NCBI GenBank assembly: GCA_043228905.1
Contig: JBHGNT010000006.1
Location: 13,764,001 to 13,828,000, forward strand
Length of the DNA stretch: 64,000 nucleotides
DNA from: Azolla caroliniana
Lineage: Eukaryota > Plantae > Polypodiophyta
Direction of reading: 5' to 3'
Each line of letters begins with the position of its first letter. Within the stretch, counting starts at the first letter, position 1. The notes under the pieces were generated by a model. That model ran no database searches and was not told the DNA's origin. It saw only the letters and a list, made by a program, of their open reading frames with translations. Position numbers and translations under genes: made by a program. Shown here piece after piece: positions 51,628 through 64,000 of this stretch.

Positions 51628-54015
51628 CAATACCACCTTCGAAATCATCCGGGAGCCACGACCGATCATTACGACCCAGTCCCAACGAGGGAAGGCCGTA
51701 TTGACGGCGGAAAGCGAGGTTTTGGCATATCCGGATATCTTGGATACGGCCCACGAGTTCAACCCCCTCTTGCAGTTCGGTACTTCTTTTGAGCTGATGG
51801 AGTTCCTGGCAAAGCAACAAGTAAAAGCCGCACAACGAATGGCGAAAGAGCATGCGGAACGCCAGATGATCGAGCACGCCCTAACACAAACAACGAAGAG
51901 CGATAATGAGGACCGGCTAGCCAAGGTCAGCAGACAGAGGAACGTCGGGGTACGCCGAGTGGGGATGGAGATACCCTAATTAAACACGGCCCTAGTCGAA
52001 GTCCATCGGGGATTGGCAAAGGTCAGCACGGGCGCCAAGGAGATGGCCATAAAAAATAAGAATGTCTGGAAGAAGGTTAAACTGACCCAAGCCGAACTGC
52101 AAAAAGCCAACGCACACGTCGCGGAGTTGGAACTCACGCGACTACGACGCAACACGAAACCCCGCCCCTGAACCACGCCATCAACGCTCTAAAAGAAGAA
52201 ATAGAGGCTCAGACCGCCATCGCCTCCAAAGCGAAAAGGGTTGTGCAACTAGCGGAATCTGAAATTGATCGCCTTCGAGCAGAACTACGCTAATCCTCAG
52301 ACAAAGAAAAGGAGATACGGGCTAACAGCCAGAAGACAGTAAAAACCCTTGAAGAGAAACTCGCTACGGAGGTAGCTCAACACATCCGGACAAAAGACGA
52401 CAACGCCCAATTACGGGAGGACGCGAAGAAATTGGAGGCGGCAATAGCCGGACTTCGTGCCTTATTAGAAAAAAAGAAGGTATGGTTCGACGAGCAGTTG
52501 GTGGTCGAACAAGATTGAAGGCATCAGCTCGAAATCCGCCTAAACAATGAAATGGGGAAATTAGAAGAACAACATGCAAAGGAATCCCAGTTGTGGGTGG
52601 GCCTGAAGGCCACGTACGAGGAAGCGGCAGCGGTGAAACAGCAGGAAATCGCAAATCTCCAGAAGTCGATGGAAGACGCACGCAACCGTTGCTAGGCCAT
52701 CACAGATAACGTGTGTATCCTGCTCCAAACAAATAGGGAGAGGTTCAAAGGGCAATTGAAAAAGGCGTTGGACAAAGGATGGATGGCGTGGGCAACCCAA
52801 GCAGCGGAATTGCACATGTATCGTACGGACTGGGAAAACCGGTGAAAAGACGGTCGAGGTTTCTATAAACTAAATGAGGAGAGCATTGCGGCCGTACGGG
52901 AGGACCTAGCACAAGACTATCGTGCGCTAGCGGACCAACACTCCGAAGAACTCGCGCAGCTCTTAGATGATTTTGGTGAAAGCAAGGAGGAGCTATTTCA
53001 CCAGATCACATGAGCCGGAAACACACAGGAATCCGGCGTGACGCCAATTCCGGGCATGGCCGAAGAAGAGGAACCTCAGGCCCGTTCACCAGAAATGACA
53101 ACGATGGAGAATAGCGGGGACCAACGAGCGGAGTTCCCCACAAGACCAGACAACGAAATCACTGCACAACAAGAGGTTCATCCGCACGAGCCCACACTAT
53201 CATCAGACCACACGAAGAACGGTGCGGGCCAGGCGGAATCTCTACCCCACTCCCCGGAACATACAAAAATGGCCAACACTACGGAGGACGCAAGAATAGA
53301 GGTCGAGCCGCAACCGACTACAAGCACGACAACAGCGGAGCCCAACCCACTAGCTCAAGAAGAGTCCACCGTACCTGGACCGTCCACACACGGCGACGGC
53401 GACTCCGGGAGAAACCAGCCTGACCAAACAAGGGAGCCACACCACGATGCACCTACGGGCCCTACGTCACCTACGGACGCGGACACCGCAGCAGAGCCAA
53501 ACAACCGGGCCATTTTGGAAGAGGATTAAAGGGATGGGTCCGACATGCCAAGGCACTGTCCCACAGGCGTGCCAGGTGTTGTCCGCCGGAATAGTAACCG
53601 ACGGACAAAGCATAGGAATAGGAAATAATATAGGAGCATAATGCATGTAACAGTTCACGCAGGAAGCGTGAACGGTTAAATAGACCCTGCGTATATAAAG
53701 GGCAAAAAAACCTCTGATAGGGGTGCGTTTAATTTTGGGATTGTAAAGAAACGCCTGATAATAGAATTCTATCTTCTCTGATTTCCTATGTATAGCTACG
53801 GCTAATTCACTGTGTGTGTCTTGAATACCTAAGCGTGTAAGTACGTAAGTGTAACCCGTGATAGAGATTCGGTTGTAGCCGTCTCCCTTATGCACTGATA
53901 GGTTACAAGGATTCTTCCCCTACACATTATGCTTAAACCCCTGTTCATTGTTCCACACCCACTTTGAGGTCTAGGTCGAAGGACTGACTGCGGACCGTGT
54001 TCCTAATCGGCAACA
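51628..54015 (+). mobile_element. Family B fragment B3: extra ORF (degenerate, to 53529) and 3' LTR 53577-54015
   Basis: Homologous to 42428-43967. Confidence 0.88.
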
Positions 54016-54149
54016 TGCACCAAAAAAGTGCACTATAAATTATATACCTAATTTCTCGGTCCATTATGCATGATCCTTTGCCACATTACATAGGCCATGT
54101 CTGGTTGAGTATTCTGGCTTAGATTACTACCACTATTTCTAAACCCTAT

Positions 54150-55430
54150 TCAGTTCATTCCTCCATTGCCGCCATTCTACACAAAGTTACCGCCACTATG
54201 TGGTCCAAGTATCATCTGCCACTGTTCGATGAAACAGAGTTCACTCCTCCATTGCTGCCATTCTACACTCAGTTTCCACCACTGGTCAGTCCAAGCATCA
54301 TCTGCTAAGTTCAGTCCTCCATTGCCGCCACTCTACACTCAATTGCCGCTACTATGAAGGTCGTATATTGCTGCCACTTTTCCATCCGACGGAGTTAACT
54401 CATTCTCCACTACTGCCATTCTACTCTCAGTTGCCGTCACTGTGTGTTCCAAGCATCATCTGCCACTGTTCGATCTAACGGAGTCACTCGTACATTGCCA
54501 TCATTCTACACTCACTTGTTGCTATTGTTTGGTCCTGTATTGCTGCCACTTTTCAATTTGACGGAGTTCACTCATCCAATCCCATCATTCTACACTCATT
54601 TTCCGCTACTGTTCTGTCGTGAATTATTGCCACTTTTCGATCCGCGGGAGTTCACTCCTTCTCCACTATCATCATTCTACTCTTGGTTGCCGTCAATGTG
54701 CGTTCCAAGCATCATCTGATATTGTTCGAATCCAACAGAATTGACTCCTCCATTCCCATCATTCTACATTGAGTTGCCACCATTGTTAGGTCTTAGATTG
54801 CGAAAACTATTTGATCAAACAGAGTTCACTCCTCCACTACCGCCCTTCTACACTCAGTTGCCACCATTATTTGGTTGTGTATTGCTATCACTTTTCGATC
54901 CGAGGGAATTCACTCCTTCTCCACTGCGGTCATTCTAGTCTCAGTTGTTGTCACTATGCGTTCCAAGCATCATCTGCCACTGTTCGATCTGACAAAGTTC
55001 ACTCCTCCATTGTCATCATTCTACACTCAATTTCCACTACTATTCGGTCTTGGATTGCTGCCACTTTTCGATTTCACGGAGTTCACTCATCCATTGCCAT
55101 CATTCTACACTCAGTTGCTGCAACTGTTCGGTCGTGTATTGTTGCCACTTTTCAATCCGAAGGAGTTCACTCCTTCTCCATTGTTTCCATTCTACTCTCC
55201 GTTGTCGTCACTATGTGTTCCAAGCATCATCTGACACAGTTCAATCCGATAGAATTCACTCCTCCATTGTCATCATTCTACACTTAGTTGCCGCTATTGT
55301 TTAGTCTTGGATTGCCAAAACTGTTCAATCAAATGGAGTTCAGTCCTGCAGTGCCACCCTTCTGCACTCAGTTGCTGCCACTATTTGGCCCTGGATTACC
55401 AACACTGTTCAGTCCTGGATTGCAATAACT
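54150..55430. repeat. ~84-bp minisatellite array with higher-order structure
   Basis: Repeating TTCACTCCTCCATTGCCATCATTCTACACTCAGTTGCC core; 28-codon period in the spurious ORFs. Confidence 0.9.
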
Positions 55431-55572
55431 ATTTAGTCTATTGATTATCTTGTGTATTGGTGTGTATAATCTTGTGTATTGCGGAATAATTTTGTGTATT
55501 GTTGTTGCCCATAGCCATCTTAAATATGTGTCTTTTTTTCGGGAAAATTAGGGTTTAAATATGTCAAGCTAA

Positions 55573-58500
55573 ATGGAAGGGGAAGGAGCGTGTTTAGAAT
55601 TACCCCTCAAGGATCATTAGAATAAGGATGACGCTATCAGGACACAACAAGAGATACGAAAGTACTGGGCAGAAAAAAAGAAGAAAACATCGTCAATTGT
55701 TGAAGGACACGAAAGGCACACTCACTAAAGGTAAAGATAGTATTGGTTGTGATATAGGTCTAAATATCACTAAGAATGGAAGTAATGAGACTACTATCAT
55801 AGAAAGAAAGCTTGTAGACAATTCAATACAAGGAGCATCCCATTCATCTTCTTGATGTACCTAAGGTATTTACATTTATCTCAACATTTTTTTTGACTTT
55901 TGAGCTTAGTTAGTTAGCTTATTAGCTACCTCCGAATATGACCAAACCATAATAGCTAATTAGCTACCTCAGAATATGACCATAACTAACTAGCTACCAG
56001 TAATAGCTAATTAGCTACCAGAATAGCTAATTAGCTACCTCAGAATATGATCATAGCTAATTAGCTACCAGAATAGCTAATTAGCTACCTCAAAAAATGA
56101 CCATAGCTAACTAGCTACTAGTAATAGCTTAATAGCGATGGCCAATAGCTAATTTAGCTATTACTAGCTAATTCACTACCAGAATAGTTAATTAGCTAAC
56201 TAAGAATCTCGAACATAGCTATTTAGGTACCAGAATAGCTAATTACCTACCAATCATAGCTATTTAGCTACCACAATAGCTAATTAACTGCTATGACAAT
56301 AGCTAATTGGCTACCAAACTAGCGAATTAGTTGGTTATGAGTATAACTAATTAGTTGCTTATGACTATAGTTAATTAGCTACCAGAATAGCCAATTAGCT
56401 ACCTAAGAATATGAGCATAACTATTTAGCTGCCATAATAGCTAATTAACTTTGTATGACTATAGCTAATTAGCTACCAGAATAGCTAATTAACTTTGTCT
56501 GACTATAGCTAATTAGCTACTAGAATAGCTAACTAGTTATTTCTAATAGCTAATTTAGTTATTACCAACTAATTAGCTACTAGGATAGCTAATTAGCTAC
56601 TAGAATAACTAATTAGTTGTCTCTGACTATAGCTATTTAGCTACCAGAATAACTAATTACCTAGCTAAGAATATGAGCATAGCTATTTAGCTACAAGAAT
56701 AGCTAATTAGTTGTGTATGCCTATAGCTAATTAGCTACCAAAATAGCTAACTAGTTAATTAGTTGCATATGACTATAGCTAATTAGCTGCTAGGATAGCC
56801 AACTAGCTATTCACAATAGCTAATTTAGCTATTACAAGCTAATTAGTTGCTAGGATAGCTAATTAGCTACCAATCATAGCTATTTAGCTACCAGAATAGC
56901 TAATTAGCTACTAGAATAGCTAACTAAATATTCCCAATAGTTAATTAGTTATTACCAGTTATTTAGTTGCCAAGTTAGTTAATTAGCAACCAGAATAGCT
57001 AATTTAGTTATGACTAGCTAATTAGCTACAAGGATAGCTAATTAACTACTATAATAGCTAATTAGCTGCTTATGACTATAATCTACCACTTAGCTAACTA
57101 GCTATTCCCAATAGCTAATTTAGTTATTACCAGCTAATTAGCTACGAGAATAGCTAATTAGCTGCCAATCATAGCTATTTAGCTACTAGAATAACTTATT
57201 GGCTACTATAACAGGTTTGGAGCATAGCTAATCAGCTAATCAATATGTCCATTTTATTACACAGGTTGATTTATTTATTAGGTTCAGGTGAATACGTCCA
57301 AATATCAAAGTTCAACTACGAACATTCGAGTCTCTTAAGCCACACATTGTGAGATCCAAATACACATGGTGTTGCATTTACCATGTACAAATGGGTTGTC
57401 TCAAGGACTCTATTAATCTACTATGTCACCATAGTGCCTCCCTAACTAAGCCAGTTTGCACTTGTGAGTGCCCAATTTGTTGATTGAGCCCTCAAGAGCA
57501 CTGTAAATCATCTGAGCATGTTATCTCTTCCATCATTTGTCTATTAGATTCAATATTGTGTCTGAGAGAAACTGATGCTATCTTCCACAATCATAAATGT
57601 GTCATGGGTTTATGTCAAGATTGTGGCCCTAGTAGATTTAGGTGGTGTCCAAATGAATTGAGTAGTTAAATATTAATCTCTGTCAAGTTATTTGAGTAAG
57701 TTGGCGCCAATTTCGAAGGAAAGGTGTGTAAAAGAAAGGATCTAGTTAGGAAGTTGCTTAAACCAAGGGATTTGGCATCTCTATTTGTAGTATCTCTAGG
57801 AAAGTTCATTAAACACAACTTCATTCATTCATGGCAAGCCCATTAGTTTAAGACTTGCATATATCTGATTTTCCAAATGATGTAGTAGTCTCAGTAGTAG
57901 ATTTCGCAAAGAATTGTAGTTTCAAGCAGTAAAATGAAATTCAATCTACGCATTGGTGTTCAATGCAGGTAACCATTTTTGTGCACATAATATATTTTCG
58001 AGTTTCAGGTGATGTTAAAAAAGTAATTCATTGGTTGGAGCTACATCACAATTCAAGGCTAGACGTCCATTTTATTTTGTGGGGAGGTATCCTCCTATAA
58101 CACGTTTCGACATGACATGCAATGTTTTTGGGTCTGTCCATGGTACAGGGGAACATGATGATGGTGCAGGTGCTATTATAAAGCGGGCACTTACCCATGA
58201 ACAACTAAAGGAAGATGGTGTGCAGATGAATTGTGCAACACATGTAGTTGAACTTTTAAGAGCTAATATGTCAACGAGTGCAATTGGTGTTTATTCCTCG
58301 TAGGTCCGAGATATCAAACATGAATTTTGGGAAGCGAACATAGATGAAGTAAATAGAGAGAAGACCTGGGAGTGGCAAGGAATTCCCGAGTTGCGATCTC
58401 TCCATGTTGTTCGCGGTTATTCTAGGTTGGATGGTCATTGTATTGCGGTTAGAGAATTAACTTGTTTTTGCTTGCATTGTGTGCAGGGAAATTGGAGATA

Positions 58501-59649
58501 TTGTTTAAACAAAGCATATATTCAGAGGTGGGAGTATCATACATTGAACGATAAGGAAGCAGTTTATGGAGAAACAAAAATGAATGTTGACTTCACATAT
58601 CAAGGACGTGGGGATACTCCAACTGATGTCTTAAAGGTTGGGGATAATTTCGTTGTAAATGAAGAAGAAGGAAATTAAGAGGGTGTTAATTTCTATATAT
58701 TGAAGTGCACGGTTAGTAAACAGTGTGCAACACAGAATATATTAGATACTTAGGAAAATGTTGTATCTACTGGGATATTCTATATCTAAGGTATTTTTTA
58801 TGCAAAACTAGAAGATTACAAATATGTGTATACGAGTAATTCATTTATTTATTTCTGATGATAAGAAGCATGATAGCTTGTTCGTCCAACATTGTTTTAA
58901 CTTACATTGGCAATGGTTATTAGCTAAACGTTTGGAGCTTACTCAACATTGGGTCTGGTTTGATGGAGCTGCGTCACAATTTAAGGCTAGACGTCGATTT
59001 TATTGTGTAGGGAGGTATCCTGCTATAACAGGTTTGGACATGAGATGGAATTTCTTTGGGTCTAGCCATGGTAAAGGTGAACATGATGGTGCAAGTGTTG
59101 TTATAAAGCAGGTCCTTACCCATGAACAACTAAAGGCAGATGGTGTGCAAATGAATTGTGCAACACATGTAGTTGAACTTTTAAGAGCTAATATGTCAAC
59201 GAGTGCAACTAGTGTTTATTCCTCGCAGGTCCGAGATATCAAACGTGAATTTTGGGAAGCGAAGATAGATGAGGTAAATAGAGAGAAACCTGAGAGTGCC
59301 AAGGAGTTCCCGAATTGCGATCTCTCTATGTTGTTTGCGGTGATTATAGGTTGGATGGTCATTGTATTGCGGTTAGAGAATTAACTTGTTTTTGCTTCCA
59401 TTGTATGCAAGGAAATTGGAGGTATTGTTTAAACAAAGCATATATATCCAGAATTGGGAGTATCATACATTGGATGATAAGGAAGCAGTTGATGGAGAAA
59501 CAGAAAAGAATGTTGACTTTACATATCAAGGATGTGGAGATACTGTGAGTGATGTCTTAAATGTTGGAGATAATTTCGTTGTAAATGAAGAAGAAGGCAA
59601 TTCAGAGGGTGTTGATTTCTATATATTGAGCTGCATAGTTAGTAAATAG
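55573..59649 (+). pseudogene. Sola2-like DDD DNA transposase pseudogene, spliced (intron 55866-57264), with internal duplication
   Basis: CC.YH, Cys cluster, VVDFAKN, NEIQSTHW, ISDDKKHD, FDGAASQFK, WNFFGSSHGKGEHDGA. Superfamily call is from recalled motifs. Confidence 0.7.
55900..57240. repeat. Degenerate palindromic satellite (TAGCTAATTAGCTA core)
   Basis: Dozens of copies; also at ~62310-62620 and ~63910-64000. Confidence 0.92.
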
Positions 59650-59701
59650 TGTGGGTGAAAGCATGCGAGTGGAAACAATTAGCTATGTCAAGGACATAGC
59701 T

Positions 59702-59918
59702 AATTAGCTATGCAAAAAGCTACCATTGATAAATAGTCATGTTTGGCAAAACCTACCATTGATAAATTAGCTATGCAAAAAGCTACCATTGATAAATAGT
59801 CATGTTTGGCAAAACCTACCATTGATAAATTAGCTATGCAAAAAGCTACCATTGATAAATAGTCATGTTTGGCAAAACCTACCATTGATAAATTAGCTAT
59901 GCAAAAAGCTACCATTGA
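59702..59918. repeat. Perfect 63-bp tandem repeat, ~3.4 copies
   Basis: Identical units; 21-aa period in ORF 59700-59915. Confidence 0.95.
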
Positions 59919-60099
59919 AAATAGTAGAGAGTTTTAATTATATAAATGTGCAACATAAACGTGCAACATAAATTCATATGTGCACCATAGATTATATACC
60001 GAATTCCTAGGTTCATTAGGCATTATCCTTTGCCACATCACGTGGGCCATCTCTAGTTGAGTATTCTGGCTTATATTACTACCAATGTTGCTAAACCCT

Positions 60100-61370
60100 A
60101 TTGAGTCCACTCCTCCATTACCACCATTGTACACTTAGTTATCGGCACTATGTGGTCCAAGTATCATCTGCCATTGTTCAATCTCATGGAGTTCACTCCT
60201 CCATTGCCGCCATTCTACACTCAGTTGCCGCCACTGTTCAATCCAAGCATCATCTGCAAATTTCACTCCTCCATTGCTGCCAGTCTATAGTCAATTCCCG
60301 CTACTGTGAAGGTCGTATATTGCTGCCACTTTTCGATCCGATGGAGTTAACTCCTCCACTGCCGTCATTCTACTCTTAGTTGTCATCACTATGCGTTCCA
60401 AGCATCATCTGCCACTGTTTGATTTGACGAAGTTCACTCCTCCATTGCCATCATTCTACACTCACTTGTCGCTACTATTCAGTCTTGTATTGATGCCACT
60501 TTTCCATTTGACGGAGTTCACTCATCCAATACCATCATTCTACACTCAGTTTCCGCTACTGTTCTGTCGTGTATTGTTGCCACTTTTCGATCTGCATGAG
60601 TTCACTCCTTCTCCACTATCGCCATTCTACTCTTGGTTGTTGTCACTATGTGTTCCAAGCATCATCTGCCATGTTCAATCTGATGGAGTTCACTCCTCCA
60701 TTGCCATCATTCTACACTAAGCTGCCGCTACTATTCGGTCCTGGATTGCTGCCACTTTTCGATTTGATGGAGTTGACTCATCCATTGCCATGATTCTACA
60801 CTTAGTTGTCGCTACTGTTTGGTCGTGTATTGCTGCCACTTTTTGATCCGAGGGAGTTCACTCCTTCTCCACTACTGCCATTGTACTCTCAGTTGCCGTC
60901 ACTGTGCATTCCAAGCATCATCCGTCACTATTTGATCTGACGAAGTTCACTCCTCCATTGCCATCATTCTACACTCAGTTGCCGCTACTGTTCGATCTTG
61001 GATGGCTGCCACTTTTTGATTTGATGGAGTTCACTCATCCATTTCCATCATTCTACACTCAGTTGCCGATATTGTTTGGTCGTGTATTGCTGCCACTTTT
61101 CGATCGGAAGGAGTTCACTCCTTGTCCACAGTTGCCATTCTACTATCAGTTGTCATCATTGTGCGTTCCAAGCATCATCTACCACTTTTCAATCCGATGG
61201 AATTCACTCCTCCATTGCCATCATTCTACACTTAGTTGCCGCCATTGTGCGGTCCTAGATTGTCAAAACTATTCGATCAAACGGAGTTCACTCCTCCACT
61301 GTCGCCATTCTACACTCAGTTGCCGCCATTATTCAGCCCTGGATTACCGCCACTCTTCGGTCTTGGATTT
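60100..61370. repeat. Second ~84-bp minisatellite array
   Basis: Homologous to 54150-55430. Confidence 0.9.
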
Positions 61371-61520
61371 GAATAACTATTCTGTCTATTGATTATCTTG
61401 TGTATTGTTGTGTATAATCTTGTGTATTGCGGAATATTTTTGTGTATTGTTGTTGCCAATAGCCATCTTTAATACGTGTCTTTTTTTCGAGAAAATTACG
61501 GTTTAAACCCGTCAAGCCAA

Positions 61521-62269
61521 ATGGAAGGGGAAGGAGGGTGTTTAGAATTACCCCTCAATGATCATCAGGATAGAGATGACGCAATCAGGACAGAACAAGC
61601 GATACGAAAGTATTGCGCGAATAAAAAAAGAAAACATCATCAATTGTTGAAGGATACGAAAGGTAAAGGTAAAGATAGTATTGGTTGGATATAGGTCTAA
61701 ATATCAATGAGAATGGAAGTAATGAGACTACTATCATAGAGAGAAAGGTTGTAGACTATTTCAATGTTCAAACCAAGCACATTAGCAATGAAGACAAGAA
61801 GGTAGTACTTTATGGAATATTAAATGATCCATCAATAAAGGAGTTAGTTGATGGTGATGGTCTTAATGCAAACATAACATCTGTACTAGTAAATAATATC
61901 CGTAATAGATTCGTATCCATGAGCAAGTCAGAAGATGATATTGTCTTAAAAAGGTCTAGTCTAATGATGTTACTTAATAGTGATGTTGACGATATTAACA
62001 TTAGTGGTCTATCTAAGGTAATTGGTGTTAGTAGAAAAAGTGTGTACAATACATTGAACCGGATAGTTTCCTCGGGTGAAGGAACTAGTTTCCTAAAGCT
62101 AACAACAAGATGTAAGCCAATGACACCCATAACATAAGAAATGAAGGATATAATCACAATATTTTGGACTAATGAGAGTAGGGTTTCACCCAATACGAAG
62201 GATTTATGCAGGAAACGTGTTGGAAGGAGTCAATACGAGCATCCCATTCATCTTCTTGATGTACCTCAA
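61521..62269 (+). pseudogene. Second copy of transposase exon 1 (more complete)
   Basis: MEGEGGCLELP...FWTNESRVSPNTKDLCRKRVGRSQYEHPIHLLDVPQ followed by GT donor at 62270. Confidence 0.65.
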
Positions 62270-62749
62270 GTATTTACATTTATGTCGACATTTGTTTCCA
62301 CTTTTGTGCTTAGTTAGTTAGCTTATTAGCTACCTCCGAATATGATCATATCCGAATAGCTAATTACCTACCTCAAAATATGACCATAGCTAACTAGCTA
62401 CCAGTAATAGGTAATTATCTCCCTAAGAATATCGAACGTAGCTATTCAACCACCAGAATAGCTAATTAGCTACCATTCATAGCTATTTAGCTACCACATT
62501 AGCTAATTAGCTGCCAATGACAATAGCTAATTAGCTACTAGAGTAGCTAATTAGCAGCTTATGACTATAGCTAATTAACTACCAGAATTGCTATTCCCCT
62601 ACTAGAATAGCTACTGTACTAAACTATGGTAGTTACAGCTTGGAATAGATAATCTACTAATAATATACTAAGATATAGATAACATTAGAATGTTGATTAA
62701 TATATAACGCTTGACTATATACAAGAGGTGAAGAGTTAGAATCTTGACA

Positions 62750-63300
62750 TGACTGTTGTCATGTCCGATTTGGGCCTAGTTGATCGGTCTTCACCCAATC
62801 CAACTCTCGGCTTGTTCAGCTTATCCAGCCCATGTTGGGCTTGCTTCTCAACACTCCCCCTCAAGCTCAACTTGAGGATCCTTCTGCTTTATCGGTTCCT
62901 TGCTTCGGCTCCTCTTGGCATCTTCACGCCTTGCTCTCGCTCCTTGTCCCACGTTGCACAACCCCTCCAGTCCAATGTTGCTCGACCCGTCCGATTCTGC
63001 ACACCTCGACCCATTTGGTCGGCTTAACTCCTCATCAGGCTCTTCTCAGCTCCGTCGATGTCGTGGCATTGGCACCCTCCAACCCACCTACTCCTTCGTT
63101 TTGGTATCAGGTTTGGCTGCCTTTTCGTCTGCTTGGCCTCCATATGATTCAGCTCGTGCGAATCAATGCACTCGACTGAATTGGTTGTCTCTGATTCATT
63201 CCCGCTCTTGTTTGAATTGGCTATCTCCAATTCTTCCTCATTCAGGCCCTTGACCATGTCTGACCATGTCCTGGTCCTAGCCTTTTTCTTAAGCTTGGAT
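62750..63300 (-). mobile_element. copia-3 family fragment (extension, PPT, LTR start)
   Basis: CTCAACACTCCCCCTCAAGCTCAACTTGAGG as at 48067; RTWSDMVKG motif. Confidence 0.75.
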
Positions 63301-63365
63301 TGATCCTTCTTGACTCTACCGTGTTTGCCACCTGTTCTGGTTCAAATGAGATGTTTCGACTACCT

Positions 63366-63685
63366 GTGTTGGAAGACTGTAGGGGCATTGGTGAGACCGA
63401 ATGGCATCACCTTGTACTCTAAATGCTCATAGCGCATCTGAAACGCTATTTTCCACTCATCCCCGTGCTTGATGCGCACTAGATTATAGACATGCCGAAC
63501 GTCTATTTTGGAGAAGATACGCCCGGTTCGGAGTCAATTGAGGAGCGTTGGAATTAAGGGCAAGGGAACACGATTATGCATTGTAACTTTGTTGAGACCT
63601 TGATAATCCACACATAGGCGTAATGAGGCATCCTTCTTCTTCACAAATAAGATTGGGGTCCCGATCGGCGACCTCCGGATGGAAG
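63366..63685 (-). pseudogene. Chromovirus RT fragment
   Basis: Minus strand reads [18 protein letters not shown]...GDEWKIAF...MPFGLTNAP. Confidence 0.8.
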
Positions 63686-64000
63686 AGTGTTACAAATGCG
63701 CTATGGCTCTTCTAAGTGCACAACGGATCGTTAGTGTGTTCAAGAGAGAAAGGAAAAGGGGAAGGAGACTCACCTTTGTGGCAGCCCAAAAACGTTCTGT
63801 TTCATTACACAGAAAAAACCTCTCTCGTTTGTTTTCTTACTTTTCTTCTTACTTCACTATCATACTCACTCTTACTTTTTTACCTAAGTATATAAATCAC
63901 TTACATATTCAGCTAATTAGTTGTGAGTAGCTAAATAGTTGTGGATAGCTAAATAGTTGTTTTACCTATATGTCCAATAGTAGCTAGCTTCCTTATAGCT

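Noticed and set aside
54166-61392. Many Pro/Phe/Leu-rich ORFs
   Set aside because: Products of translating the 84-bp minisatellite; open in several frames with scattered stops.

Overview
Eukaryotic repeat-dense DNA, most likely from a non-seed land plant (inferred from the retroelement lineages present). No host gene is recognisable. Bases 1-54015 are a deep nest of LTR retrotransposons: degenerate Ty1/copia elements, a tRNA-Trp-primed Ty3/gypsy element (P, 6610-45016), self-priming chromoviruses (C0-C3; C3 at 26545-32329 is nearly intact) and two related Athila-like families with an extra 3' ORF (A and B). Target-site duplications (TSDs) resolve five insertion layers and a ~17 kb inversion (~25260-42106). 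Bases 54016-64000 hold two tandem decayed copies of a Sola2-like DNA transposase gene with an 84-bp minisatellite and a satellite-filled intron. Most notable signal: all four A/B 3' ends lack a polypurine tract (PPT). In its place is a sense copy of a tRNA-Arg 3' end including CCA, 2 nt from the LTR, suggesting both cDNA strands are tRNA-primed. Also seen: covarying self-priming sites, a -1 frameshift signal and antisense Pol III A/B boxes in the chromovirus elements. All lineage names are from motif recognition, not database searches.
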